Below, piece by piece: positions 1 to 10,016 of a stretch of 54,731 bases of DNA. The first letter of the stretch is position 1. Every line of letters starts with the position of its first letter. The DNA comes from Bdellovibrionota bacterium (GTDB lineage Bacteria; Bdellovibrionota_C; UBA2361; OMII01). The stretch is from contig JBIJBE010000023.1 in the NCBI GenBank assembly GCA_044345405.1, forward strand, positions 1 through 54,731, written 5' to 3'. Below the pieces are notes generated by a model. It was not told where the DNA came from. It ran no database searches and worked only from the letters and a program-made list of their open reading frames with translations. The translations under genes were made by a program, and so were the position numbers.

Positions 1-365
1 ATATATACAACCCGCTTGATAGCATCATCCAGGGTTGCGACCTCAGCGACCGTTGGACGACCCTCCCATAGAGAGAGGGATTTAAGTCCTAGGAGTGCTT
101 TTACAGCATCCGTCGTCTTCTTTTGAAACTCCATGTAAAATTTACTAAGCTTTTCGCAATGATTAGACACCGCTAGCGTATGGCTATGGTTGTTCATATC
201 AACAAAGTGGCTGAGTTCAACCTTACTATCTCGCTGAGTTCTTCCTAGGATTCCGAGCTTAAGCTCATTTGAGGTCTGGGTTGGAGGCATAGGCAGCCTG
301 TCCCGAGTCCGAGGGATGATCTCGTAGATTGTATTATCTGAGAAGGCGCGATTGTTTCGTGGCAT
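1..365 (-). mobile_element. HUH-superfamily Y1 tyrosine transposase (REP-associated RAYT / IS200-like), N-terminal 121 codons, runs off the window edge
   Basis: Not in the ORF track. Manual translation from ATG at 365 is open to base 1: MPRNNRAFSDNTIYEIIPRTR...HFVDMNNHSHTL...SLWEGR...IKRVVYI. It has an MPRxxR start, an MxNHxH HUH motif, a WxGR motif and a Tyr at the catalytic-helix position. Confidence 0.8.
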
Positions 366-611
366 AGCCACTTTTCGTAGATGAGGGCCAAAAGTTGCGA
401 GCAAAGGTAGGGTGTTCCAGACGCACGGCGGCTCTGGATGAAATGAAGGCTCTAGGAAAGGGGGCGATAGTGACGGAGGGTCGTCGCCCGTGACGTGATG
501 ACGGCGTACCCATTTCGGGAAAAGGGTAGCGTCACCGTCTATCTCGGACCTACATCCGAAATTTGTTTGTCCGCAAAAATATCCCTGATCAAACGCCCCC
601 ATTTAGGACTG

Positions 612-1433
612 TCACGACAGCTCCAGAGACAGATCCTGCGAGGCTCGCTTAGCCTCGTGCGGGAATGAGAAGGGGCTGGATATTCTTGTGAATTGCCGAC
701 GCTTGAAAAGATTAAAGAGTGTTTGGGTATCTCGTCTGATCAGGTAGGGTTGGAACCCCGCCTTGGTGCATCCCTTAAGAGAAGGCACATTATCATGAAG
801 AACGAAGGTAATAACATACCGACGACCCAGATGCAGTGCCCGCTCCGCGATCATCGCCATCGCGGCAGGCATGATTCCCTTATTTCTGTACGCTACCGGC
901 GTGTACGCGTTCTCAAGCAGCATTTCATTTGATTCAAGAATCGGGAAGCGGCCCTTGAAGAAGCTTTGGATCTTATCGTTATGCTCAGGACCCATGAGCC
1001 ATTGAATAAAGCAGGGAGTGTCCGTTCTTAGGTCAACGGCTACGTAGGGTGTGGGGATGTCGTTTTCTAGATGCTCCCTGCGGGATCTCACCTCCAAACG
1101 CTCTTTACGATCAAGACTCGGATCATCTACGGGCAAAACATGCGCAATGTCGTCCTGCCGTAGTGCTCTAATGGCGAGAGGGATCCGCGCTTTGAAGGGC
1201 TCTTGACTTTTGAGGAGGTCTCTACGCAGGCCGTAAGACACCCATTCTTGATGTAGCTGATCGAGTAGCTTGTTGCCGATCTCTTGAAAACGACGATGCT
1301 TTAACAGGTAAAGAGCCCCATCTAATGTTCGTGGAAGGGTATTCACGGGTGGCCTCACTAGAAGATGAAGGATAGACAAGGAGACCTTAGTCGGTTTGGC
1401 GCACTCGTGAACATGACTTGGCGCATCGGTCAC
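612..1433 (-). CDS. GNAT-family N-acetyltransferase-like protein
   Basis: C-terminal acetyl-CoA motif AYTPVAYRNKGIM and NVPSLKGCTKAGF; start codon uncertain. Confidence 0.65.
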   Translation of the reverse strand: MTDAPSHVHECAKPTKVSLSILHLLVRPPVNTLPRTLDGALYLLKHRRFQEIGNKLLDQLHQEWVSYGLRRDLLKSQEPFKARIPLAIRALRQDDIAHVLPVDDPSLDRKERLEVRSRREHLENDIPTPYVAVDLRTDTPCFIQWLMGPEHNDKIQSFFKGRFPILESNEMLLENAYTPVAYRNKGIMPAAMAMIAERALHLGRRYVITFVLHDNVPSLKGCTKAGFQPYLIRRDTQTLFNLFKRRQFTRISSPFSFPHEAKRASQDLSLELS

Positions 1434-1514
1434 AGAGGCCTGGGAACCGCGGTTGTGTCGCTCTTGAAGGAATCTAGTCGGTAGCCCTTTGCAATATCTC
1501 GGGACGAACGTGTT

Positions 1515-2672
1515 CTACAAAGAGATCTCTTGGGGATCTCCTTGTATTCGATGACGCAATGCGCGCAGCATCGGTCCGAGCTTCATCGTGAGATTGTAAA
1601 GCAAGCGCCCTTTGATGGTCGGTCGGAAAATATAACAGTTATTGTGCTCGCGGACCTGATCGGTCCAAATGAGCTTCCACTTTGCGCGCGGGCCTAGAAA
1701 GTCAAATCGTCGCATCCCCTGTTCACCCAGGTCCTGAATCACGTGATTCACCAAGAGATGTCCCGGTGCGAATCGAGAAAATTCCTCATCATAGGCCACC
1801 TTGGGCGTATAATAGGTACCGTTCATGCACAGACCTAGATGCATAGCGATCGGCTTCGAGTTAGCCGTAAGCGCGTACATCCGCAGGTGCCCACGACGAG
1901 CGCAATCTGCGGCAAGGCGCGAGTAAAACCGGATCAGTGGCTGATTAGCCGCGATAGCGGATCCCTTGGCACCCTTCCAGCCAGAAGCCTCAAGGGTGAA
2001 GAATGCGCGCAGCGCTTCCTCATACCGATCTGTGTACACCTCAAATGAGACCGTATGCTCATGAGCAAGCTGTTTAAGTTTATTCTTCAATCGGCTTCGA
2101 AAGGTTTTAAAACTCTTAGGGCAGTTCTCGAACGGATTGCGCCCTCTTCCCGGTAGCGTAAGAAATGGGCTCCTTCGAGTGGGCCAGGTGCCCACCAAGA
2201 AGCCATTATCACTCGCGTAACGCAGCACCCGCATAAAGCTGCCATCGGTTGGAACGTCAAGTGCCTCTATAACATTCCAGTCGCGCTGGTTCCGTAAAGC
2301 ATCCCACGAAGCCCTCGTGATCCGATCAGGATCTGAGCCATCGTGAGACAGATCAAAGCGACAGGAGTGCACAGACGAAAGGCTGCGCAGGGTCTTTGCT
2401 GGTATCCCACAAAAGAAATGTGATCGACTGAAGAATGGGGCGATGGCGCGTAAGTTCTGGTCGCACCGCACCGTAGCGAGGAGAATCTCTTCAGGTGGCT
2501 CGATGGTGCTTGCGAAGGCGCTAAACCACTCAGGCTGAAAGAAAGGCTCGGCGAAGGGGCCTTCATCAGTCAAAGCGCGCCACTCGTCCGCAAGCTGATG
2601 AAGTGTCTGCATGCGCACGGACTGGACGGAGCTACGAAGGATTGATATGGGCGTGGAAGCCTCAGTTTGCAT
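1515..2672 (-). CDS. GNAT acetyltransferase of the CelD/BcsL (Acetyltransf_6) type
   Basis: PFFQPEW, LEASGWKG, AYDEEFSRFAPGHLL, FDFLG..KWK motifs. Confidence 0.8.
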   Translation of the reverse strand: MQTEASTPISILRSSVQSVRMQTLHQLADEWRALTDEGPFAEPFFQPEWFSAFASTIEPPEEILLATVRCDQNLRAIAPFFSRSHFFCGIPAKTLRSLSSVHSCRFDLSHDGSDPDRITRASWDALRNQRDWNVIEALDVPTDGSFMRVLRYASDNGFLVGTWPTRRSPFLTLPGRGRNPFENCPKSFKTFRSRLKNKLKQLAHEHTVSFEVYTDRYEEALRAFFTLEASGWKGAKGSAIAANQPLIRFYSRLAADCARRGHLRMYALTANSKPIAMHLGLCMNGTYYTPKVAYDEEFSRFAPGHLLVNHVIQDLGEQGMRRFDFLGPRAKWKLIWTDQVREHNNCYIFRPTIKGRLLYNLTMKLGPMLRALRHRIQGDPQEISL

Positions 2673-2700
2673 ACGTTGCAGTGCGCGCTACTCGACTGAT

Positions 2701-3005
2701 TGGGCCACCAAGCTACTCTCGGAATCCACCCGCAGCCATGTGCCCGAACATGGCTTGGGGGTCGGCGACGTCGACGTCAAACAGTTTACGTCTTATGTCA
2801 ACGTAGAACGTCCAACGTGAACCGTCGACGTCAAACGGTTTACGTTATCGAAGCAGCATGCACCGCAGGTCTCAGTGCGATCTTGATCCCTGACCTCCTC
2901 ACACCTACAGAGCGTATGATCGGACATGCCTGGAAGGTTCTTCCAAATCTGCTCGAGGTGTCGTCACTCGTTAGGGCGCTTACCCCTCAAAGTAGTACGC
3001 ACTAA
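2701..3005 (+). pseudogene. C-terminal remnant of a HAD-family phosphatase, interrupted by a repeat insertion
   Basis: VPEHGLGVGD (to 2769, one frame) and VIEAACTAGLSAILIPDL...AWKVLPNLLEV (from 2844, another frame) together match the HAD motif IV region PEECLxxEDSxxGIEAAxAAGM. The N-terminal DxD motif is absent. Confidence 0.55.
2769..2845. repeat. 23-bp direct repeat pair in an ACGT-rich tract
   Basis: CGTCGACGTCAAAC(A/G)GTTTACGT at 2769-2791 and 2823-2845, one mismatch, 31-nt spacer. Confidence 0.85.
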
Positions 3006-3011
3006 ACGTGG

Positions 3012-4544
3012 CTAGGGTGCGGTGCGGACGCCACGGCCGCCAATGATGTTCCAACGAGCCCCCCAAACTTTCGACGCGTTATTTCGGTCCGAGATCGAAA
3101 GAACGCTATCCCAACCACCGCCACGCCCGCCCGCAAACCCAGGCCACGTAGTGACATTAGAATTACCACTACTATCGAGTGCTCCATTGCCGTGGCGCCG
3201 ACCCTCAAAGCTCCTATGGGAGCTTTGTCCTACCGTAACGATATACTCCCAGAGGTTGCCGGTTAAATCCATCGCACCATAATACCCAGCACCAGCAGCT
3301 ATCCGTGTGGCTACACCATACGCAAAGCTGCCGACCCTAAGCGGGCCTTGAACAGAGGCGTGATTGCCGTACGCAGCATTTGCTCCACTCTGCGCTCGCT
3401 CTGACCCGAGACCAGGGTTGGATATGCTTGTCGCTTGCGTAGCGCTCGTGCTACCCCAGGCATATTCACCCGAAACCGCCCGGTACGGCCCTCGCGCGGC
3501 GCGTTCAAACTCTAACTCACTCATCGGACGTAAGCCGCTCCAATCAAGGTATGCTATGAGATCCGCCCAGCTGCAGTAATTCAACGCGACTCCTTCATAC
3601 GTCGCCCCACCTCCGCGATCAGGCAATGTTGCATCACCTGAAGACCAGCTCACGTTGTTGCGAAAGGTAAGATTGTCGCTGCTTTTTCCCGTTGATGAAG
3701 TAATATCCCGAGTACTCTTCTGCGTCGCCGTGAGCGTGTTAAAAAACGCTACCCACTGCCCCTGCGAGATCTCCCCCTTCATCATGTAATACGCTTGGTA
3801 GCCCTTGGGAAACGGTGTCGGTATCGTAAATACTGCGCCTGTAGCATCTCCGACAGCGCCTCTGTAGTAATACTCAGCCGCTGTCTCATTCTTACCGGTC
3901 CCGGACGTAGGATCTGCCGTCGCTAGAGTTGTAATCGCCCCCTCGCTTCCGATGTACCACGGATCAGTATCCGAAGACCCCTGCCTAAAGCTAAAAGCGC
4001 TTCCAGTGTCCCCCGCGAAGAACGAACCTTGCGGGACGTACACCATCTCGATCGCAAAGACCCGGATGTCAACCGTATCACTACCGGTCACTCCATCCTG
4101 CGAGTAGTTCCAACTCAAACTCGTTCCGGTTGTGGAGAAGGTTCCTACCCCATCGCCACTTCGGTAGAGGAACACTCCAACTCCAGGATTCGTTGCGATG
4201 TTAAATGCTGAACTCGTATCGGGATAGCCAACTGCGATAGTCGCAGCGGTGCCTGAACCGGTTGAGTGTCCGGTATCGTTTACACTTGCGTGCGCCCAGT
4301 TGCCGCCGTTCTTTCGAAACTTTATAAAGATCCACGCTGCGTCCCAGTTGTTCGGCGCAGGGGCACCCGGTGCTGCAGTGCGCCAGGAGTTCGTCCACGT
4401 AGCATCGAAGGTAACAGTAGTGCTACCGCCGCTTAACGCGCCACGTTGTATATTGGTGATATCGATACCGCTGCACGAGCCCTCGTGAACAACCAAGAGC
4501 TTAAGCGCAAACGCTAGCAATAGCGCCACGAATGGAAATCTCAT
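3012..4544 (-). CDS. Secreted FGE-sulfatase/SUMF1-like (C-type-lectin fold) domain protein
   Basis: Signal peptide; EMVYVPQGSF, GLRPMSELEFERAARG, MDLTGNLWE, RGGGW and terminal GGRGVRTAP motifs. Confidence 0.8.
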   Translation of the reverse strand: MRFPFVALLLAFALKLLVVHEGSCSGIDITNIQRGALSGGSTTVTFDATWTNSWRTAAPGAPAPNNWDAAWIFIKFRKNGGNWAHASVNDTGHSTGSGTAATIAVGYPDTSSAFNIATNPGVGVFLYRSGDGVGTFSTTGTSLSWNYSQDGVTGSDTVDIRVFAIEMVYVPQGSFFAGDTGSAFSFRQGSSDTDPWYIGSEGAITTLATADPTSGTGKNETAAEYYYRGAVGDATGAVFTIPTPFPKGYQAYYMMKGEISQGQWVAFFNTLTATQKSTRDITSSTGKSSDNLTFRNNVSWSSGDATLPDRGGGATYEGVALNYCSWADLIAYLDWSGLRPMSELEFERAARGPYRAVSGEYAWGSTSATQATSISNPGLGSERAQSGANAAYGNHASVQGPLRVGSFAYGVATRIAAGAGYYGAMDLTGNLWEYIVTVGQSSHRSFEGRRHGNGALDSSGNSNVTTWPGFAGGRGGGWDSVLSISDRNNASKVWGARWNIIGGRGVRTAP

Positions 4545-4670
4545 GTATCTGTAATCGGCTAGAGCCGAGAAGGGACTTTAGGATAAAAAAGCGGGAGGTA
4601 ACCAGCCGCAATGACTGCGTTTATCTTCACACCTCACATCCCCTCCTCTCAATTGCCATGAAGACGAACC

Positions 4671-5708
4671 CTACATCTCTATCTGTATCTTGATCGTTGA
4701 GGGATTCTTTTTCGTTGCGAACTCGAACGCCGCGATACTATCCGAGAATTTGTAGACGTCGGTGACAAGGGGTTTCACGTTAATCCTTCCTGATTCCATC
4801 AGGTTCAAGGCTCTCGGATAAACATGTGCGTATCTAAAGATAGTCACTATCGATATCTCTTTAACCATCGCGGCTTCGACGCTCATAGGTACCGGCGTAC
4901 CGGGCATTCCTATCAGAACCACACGGCCACCTGGCCGCACCGGATCGAAAATCGTCTCAAAAGCTTGTGCGCTTCCACTCGCCTCGAAGAGGAGATCCGC
5001 CCCCACTCCTCCTGTGAGCTTACTCACAACATCGGAAAGACTCTCACGTTTTCGATGCACCGGCGTAATCGCGCCGAGCGTTGCCGCGAGTTTAAGCTTT
5101 TCATCGTTACCATCTGACATCACTACCCGACTACATCCACCAGCTAATGCCGCGAGCGCTGTGACCAGCCCGATGGGACCAGCTCCTAAAACAACGGCCA
5201 CATCACCAGCCTTAATCTGCGCTTTATTAACCGCTTGTATTCCAACGGCGAGAGGCTCAACCATCGCCCCTTCAGCGAATGAGACCTGATCGGGGAGTTT
5301 AAAGGTGAACGCCGCTGGATGAACCACCGTTGGCCTCAATACACCGTGCACAGGAGGAGCAGCCCAAAATCGAACCTTCGGGTCGAGGTTGTACATCCCC
5401 AAGCGGGTTTCAACGCTATTGGGATCAGGGATACCTGGCTCCATGCATACCCGATCCCCCTTTGAAAGGTTCGTAACCCCCGCGCCTACCTCGACGATGA
5501 CGCCCGAGGCTTCGTGTCCAAGCACCATCGGTTCTTTAACTACGAATGGCCCTATCGCGCCGTGCTGATAGAAATGAACGTCGCTCCCACACACCCCAAC
5601 CGTATGAATAGCTATACGCACATCAAGCGGGCCCAACTCCTCCTTGATATCGATCTCACGAAGAGCGAGAACCCCTTTCCTCTCCAGCACCAGAGCTTCC
5701 ATGCGCAT
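4671..5708 (-). CDS. Zn-dependent MDR alcohol dehydrogenase, xylitol/sorbitol dehydrogenase type
   Basis: [30 protein letters not shown] Rossmann motif, IFRY. Confidence 0.9.
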   Translation of the reverse strand: MRMEALVLERKGVLALREIDIKEELGPLDVRIAIHTVGVCGSDVHFYQHGAIGPFVVKEPMVLGHEASGVIVEVGAGVTNLSKGDRVCMEPGIPDPNSVETRLGMYNLDPKVRFWAAPPVHGVLRPTVVHPAAFTFKLPDQVSFAEGAMVEPLAVGIQAVNKAQIKAGDVAVVLGAGPIGLVTALAALAGGCSRVVMSDGNDEKLKLAATLGAITPVHRKRESLSDVVSKLTGGVGADLLFEASGSAQAFETIFDPVRPGGRVVLIGMPGTPVPMSVEAAMVKEISIVTIFRYAHVYPRALNLMESGRINVKPLVTDVYKFSDSIAAFEFATKKNPSTIKIQIEM

Positions 5709-5936
5709 AATCTCTCTCTACATTGACTCAGCGTGTATATAGCGCGGAGCATACGTTGCAGCTGCGCTCCTATTCAAGGCCCGGATGTGGTCTTGCGATA
5801 TGATCTGCGCAACCTCCATCAGGAACGAGCTTCCTAAGGAAAAGGTAGCGAAGCAAGCGAGGCCCATGAGGAAAACGCTATGTTTTCAAAGCATACGGCG
5901 CCCGCTCTTTGCCGGGCGCGATTACCGCGCGGTATC

Positions 5937-6782
5937 TCAGAGAGAGGGTTGACCCTGAGCTACAGCAGCCAGCGGCGACCCATAGGTAACCTCAACCTGT
6001 GTCCCCGTTTTTGAAACGTCGAAGGGGCGCTTCTCAAAGACAAGCACCACGGTTGAGCCCATCTTGAAGGTGCCGATCTTCTCGCCGCGACGGACCGAGA
6101 CAGGCGGAGTATGATCGATCGTTCGCTGGCTATGAGCGCTCCACGGCGTCCGGTTTGTTTCGATCGGAGCGTACGAGAGCGCGATGCGACCGACGTTGGT
6201 GGCGCCGACCATCACCACCGCGACCATACCGTTCGGGGTGTCGATGAAGGAGATGACTCGTTCATTAACGACAAAGAGCCCATCAACCGCTGAGATAGCC
6301 CAATCGTTGACAGGCCAGAGCTTTCCAGGAACATGAACTGAGCGAACGATCGTGCCATCAACGGGGCTAAAGATATGGTGCGCGTCTTGCGGTGAAAGGT
6401 AGAAGTTCCACACCTGTCCGTTCGAGAACCGCGCGGCGAGTGGATCGTTTCCAAGTAATCCTGCGATCGAGTAGGTGCGTCCCTTTACCAATGTCGCGTC
6501 ACCAACGGCTGAAACATCCTGCGCCGAGCGAAGGGTACCATCAACGGGAGACACGGTCCCCTCTCCTATCGGTCTCACCTCTGGACGGAGTTCTCTCGTG
6601 AAGAACGCTCCGATGGAAGGGAACGATTCAAGGGGACGGATCGCAAGCGACGTATCTATCTTGTACGCTCGCGCGAACCATCGCACCAAGAGTGTGGAGA
6701 ACGGCCTAGGGAGCGGCAGATTCGCCATCGTTCCCACAAACCAGCTGAGGTAAGACTTCGGAAGATAGGAGATCCACTGCAT
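5937..6782 (-). CDS. psd: Phosphatidylserine decarboxylase proenzyme
   Basis: FFTRELRP..RP, SPVDG, YLSP, NERV, VGATNVG and the self-cleavage motif FKMGSTVV. Confidence 0.92.
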   Translation of the reverse strand: MQWISYLPKSYLSWFVGTMANLPLPRPFSTLLVRWFARAYKIDTSLAIRPLESFPSIGAFFTRELRPEVRPIGEGTVSPVDGTLRSAQDVSAVGDATLVKGRTYSIAGLLGNDPLAARFSNGQVWNFYLSPQDAHHIFSPVDGTIVRSVHVPGKLWPVNDWAISAVDGLFVVNERVISFIDTPNGMVAVVMVGATNVGRIALSYAPIETNRTPWSAHSQRTIDHTPPVSVRRGEKIGTFKMGSTVVLVFEKRPFDVSKTGTQVEVTYGSPLAAVAQGQPSL

Positions 6783-6821
6783 AGAGAAACCTGTCGTAAC
6801 CGTATCGACTCTAGCGCGATA

Positions 6822-7841
6822 TTACGCGGATTGAACCTTCGCCGCCGGTTGTCCCTGCAGAGCGCGAATCAAGTTATCGACCGCCGCCGATCCCTGTCGC
6901 ACCACGCTCTCGTAGGTGCGGCTTCCAACGTGAGGCGTAAGATGAACGTTGTGCAATCCTAGGAGTGGATTATCAAGCTGCACCGGTTCCGGATCAAGCA
7001 CATCAGCGCCGTATCCAGCGACCTGCCCACTCTTCACAGCGTCAGCCATGGCTCGCTGATCAATCAACGCGCCTCGGCTCACGTTCACGATATACACACC
7101 ACGTCGGCACATCCCGAGTCGGCGGCGATTCAGGAAGAATTGATTGTCTTTCGTTAAACTCATGTGAACCGAGAGGAAATCACAGTGCGGGAAGAGATCC
7201 TCATCTCGCGGCGCTCGCTGAATGACCGGTGGGTATTCAGAAAATATCGGGTCAGCGAACACCTTCGACACATGGTCAAGGAACTGGGTGTGCTGCGCGG
7301 ACCACGAGGTATTAAAGACGCGCACATTCATGCCGAACGCCATCGCCCGCTTAGCGACCTCTTTACCAACACGGCCAAATCCGAGGATTCCCAACGTCTT
7401 TCCAGCGAGCTCGCGTCCAGTTTGACGACGCCACTCTCCCTTGTGAACAAGCGCGTTCTGTTCAGGAATATATCGAGTGAGACTGAGGAGGAGACCGAAG
7501 GTAAGCTCGGTCACCGTCGTGTGGTTCACACCTGGAGTATTCGTGACCTTGATGCCGAGCTTCTCGGCTTCGGCGAGGTCTATCTTATCAAGTCCGACTC
7601 CGTACTTACTGATTACCTTAGCTCGAGGAGCGGCGGCTTTCAGAACTTTGCCATTAAAATCATCCTCACCGCAGAGGAAGGCGTCGAATCGATTACCGTC
7701 GCCGATATAGGAAAGGAGCTGGTCCTCATTGAGGGGCCCCCTTGCTTTAACGACCTCCCACCCCGTGTCTTGCAACTTACGGACGTGATCACCCGGGGTA
7801 TCGATAAAGCTCGAGGTCGAGACCAGAACTGAATAGGTCAT
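6822..7841 (-). CDS. D-isomer 2-hydroxyacid dehydrogenase, phosphoglycerate dehydrogenase-like (no ACT domain)
   Basis: YGVGLDKID, NTPGVN, GILGFGRVG, NVSRG, DVLDPEP, TPHVG; same strand directly upstream of psd. Confidence 0.85.
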   Translation of the reverse strand: MTYSVLVSTSSFIDTPGDHVRKLQDTGWEVVKARGPLNEDQLLSYIGDGNRFDAFLCGEDDFNGKVLKAAAPRAKVISKYGVGLDKIDLAEAEKLGIKVTNTPGVNHTTVTELTFGLLLSLTRYIPEQNALVHKGEWRRQTGRELAGKTLGILGFGRVGKEVAKRAMAFGMNVRVFNTSWSAQHTQFLDHVSKVFADPIFSEYPPVIQRAPRDEDLFPHCDFLSVHMSLTKDNQFFLNRRRLGMCRRGVYIVNVSRGALIDQRAMADAVKSGQVAGYGADVLDPEPVQLDNPLLGLHNVHLTPHVGSRTYESVVRQGSAAVDNLIRALQGQPAAKVQSA

Positions 7842-8101
7842 GAACACTACCTTTCCTATGCGGTCCAGCTGGGGACCACTGCAGGCGCGGGGAGTCTCCC
7901 CATCGGGCCCCCTACCATCCCAGAGACGCTAGCAGAGCCCCCCAGCGGGATCAAGACGACCAGCCCGAAGGGGCACCTTCCCTAAGTCGCCTAGATAACA
8001 ACAGTAAGAAAGCCTCGACCTCCCTCAACGACCAGAAAGTGTCCCTTTACGGTCCCGGGCATTCGAATTACGATCAGGGCATCCCGTCTGGAGAAGAGAC
8101 C

Positions 8102-9229
8102 ATGAAGTTTTCAGCCCTATTCATAGCGACCATCGCGACAGCGGTTTTCCCCCTCTCCGCGTCTGCTCAAACACCAGCAAGCCCCACGCAGCCCCCTCCG
8201 AAACAGGGCAACCATGCCCCTCAGAAAGCTGACAATATATCCCGCGCGGTTGGACTGAACGAGCTAAAGATCGAGATGGCGGAGACCCGCCTCAAGCTCT
8301 CCAAAGACCCTAAAATTATAAGTGACCTCGCCAGCGCTCTGGAGGAGTACCTCAACACCACCTGCATGGCGAAGCTTCCACAAACGCTTTCGTACGCGGG
8401 TAATCCATCCGACCCAAGGTGCATCGCTCGAATGCAGCGGCTTCTGGAAATTAACCCAGGGAATCCGGTCGCCATCTGCGTTCAAGAGGGAATCGCGGCC
8501 AAACCTTGTATCGACGCCTATCAGAACCAACCCATTGTGGTCGTTTATCCCTCGTCAAAAGCAGACGATCTGGACCCGGCACTCAAGGTCGGAATACCGG
8601 CGGTAACCATGGAGCGGATCGCGAAAGTGGAGGAGTCGCTCCAGGAGGTAAACACCAAGTATCAACAAACGCTCACCCCTGATGAGAAAAGAGCACTGCT
8701 TAACGACGCCTCCAATCTGTACGACCAGATCCTCAACATGGCGTGCAAGGTATCAGCGGTGTCGCTCGTACCGGAAAACGGGAGCTCCGAGGTCACGGAA
8801 TCTGACGAGATACAACAGGCTCGTGAGAGACTCCTTCAGATTCCTATCGCCATTCGAGGAGACTACCAACGAGAGATGATGGGAAAAGCGGAAAAAGAGC
8901 TCGCCGATGCCCAGGCGAGCCCCGACCGCGCCCGACAACTTAAGGAGCTTATCGCGGTTATTAAGGATCCAGACGCCCTTTCAACCCTTCAAACAAGCAA
9001 CCTCAAACGAACAAGGTACATCCTCTCAAAATGCGCGGAGGTTCTTAATGTAGCCGGAAAGATAGTACCAGATCTTCCGAGCATCACCTGCTTTCACCAA
9101 GGCTGGTACACACCACAATGCACCTATGCCATGAAGAAATGGCGGTTGCAGAAGCAACAAGAGGCTAATAAAGCGACCGGTACTCCCGGAGCGGCCGGAC
9201 CGAAACCGTCGATGATCACCAGATTCTAG
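8102..9229 (+). CDS. Secreted Cys-containing helical hypothetical protein
   Basis: MKFSALFIATIATAVFPLSASA signal peptide after a GGAGAAG RBS; long open frame, no recognised motif. Confidence 0.7.
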   Translation: MKFSALFIATIATAVFPLSASAQTPASPTQPPPKQGNHAPQKADNISRAVGLNELKIEMAETRLKLSKDPKIISDLASALEEYLNTTCMAKLPQTLSYAGNPSDPRCIARMQRLLEINPGNPVAICVQEGIAAKPCIDAYQNQPIVVVYPSSKADDLDPALKVGIPAVTMERIAKVEESLQEVNTKYQQTLTPDEKRALLNDASNLYDQILNMACKVSAVSLVPENGSSEVTESDEIQQARERLLQIPIAIRGDYQREMMGKAEKELADAQASPDRARQLKELIAVIKDPDALSTLQTSNLKRTRYILSKCAEVLNVAGKIVPDLPSITCFHQGWYTPQCTYAMKKWRLQKQQEANKATGTPGAAGPKPSMITRF

Positions 9230-9387
9230 GGGATTGCTAGAGGGCACCGGATACAGCATCTATCACCACGACGCGCCGCGTGACGCTGGGGCGGATTCCC
9301 GATCCCTTCTCATTACCTACCGGGCCCACGCAACAACAATTTTGAAATTGCGATATACCCCTCGACCCTACATTTCGAGGAGGTTTC

Positions 9388-9765
9388 ATGCACCCACGTT
9401 CATCTCACCGTAGCGGCGGCTTCACACTTATCGAGCTGCTCGTCGTCATGGGAATTGTCAGCGCGCTCATCGCGGTGGCGCTTCCACGCTATAGCGACTA
9501 TCGAGCGCACAGCTTCGACTCGCGCGCCGAGATCGATCTCCGCTCCGTAGCGATGGCGGAGGAGGCCTACTTTCTGGAGAAGGAGGAGTATTTGAGCTGC
9601 GCAAATGACACCTGCGCGGAGTTGCCCGGCATTCAAAAGCTATCCCCTGGTGTTGTGCTCAGTATCGCGGCATCAAAGACCGGATTTACGGGCACATCGT
9701 CTCACCCAAAGGGATCGGGAAAGACATTCAAGTGGGATTCAGCCACGGGTGGAATCGGCAATTAG
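9388..9765 (+). CDS. Type IV pilin-like prepilin
   Basis: Class III signal G|FTLIELLVVMGIV with Glu5; GAGGAGG RBS. Confidence 0.88.
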   Translation: MHPRSSHRSGGFTLIELLVVMGIVSALIAVALPRYSDYRAHSFDSRAEIDLRSVAMAEEAYFLEKEEYLSCANDTCAELPGIQKLSPGVVLSIAASKTGFTGTSSHPKGSGKTFKWDSATGGIGN

Positions 9766-10016
9766 TCGCGCGCCGTGAGATACGGGGCTATGCAAGCAGA
9801 CACACCTCGGCGATCAGAGTCGGAGCGGATCACTAGGGCTACCGATAGCGCGGACACGAACACACGCTTTCGAGAACGGCGATCCGGGGCTCTAATCCTG
9901 TCGAAACTCATACCGATCGAGGCGTCAAACCATTACGGTCCGCTGAACAACGTGTGGCACGCCAACTGCTGCGTTCCCACTACTACGTATCCCCACCTTT
10001 TTCGTTGCGAGACCGT

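Noticed and set aside
2769-2845. Mini-CRISPR (23-bp repeat, 31-nt spacer)
   Set aside because: Only two repeats, the spacer shares the same ACGT words, and there is no leader or cas gene.
4671-5708. Loss of structural-zinc cysteines as a sign of inactivation
   Set aside because: Catalytic Zn ligands are intact, and bacterial xylitol dehydrogenase-type enzymes lacking the second Zn site are known.
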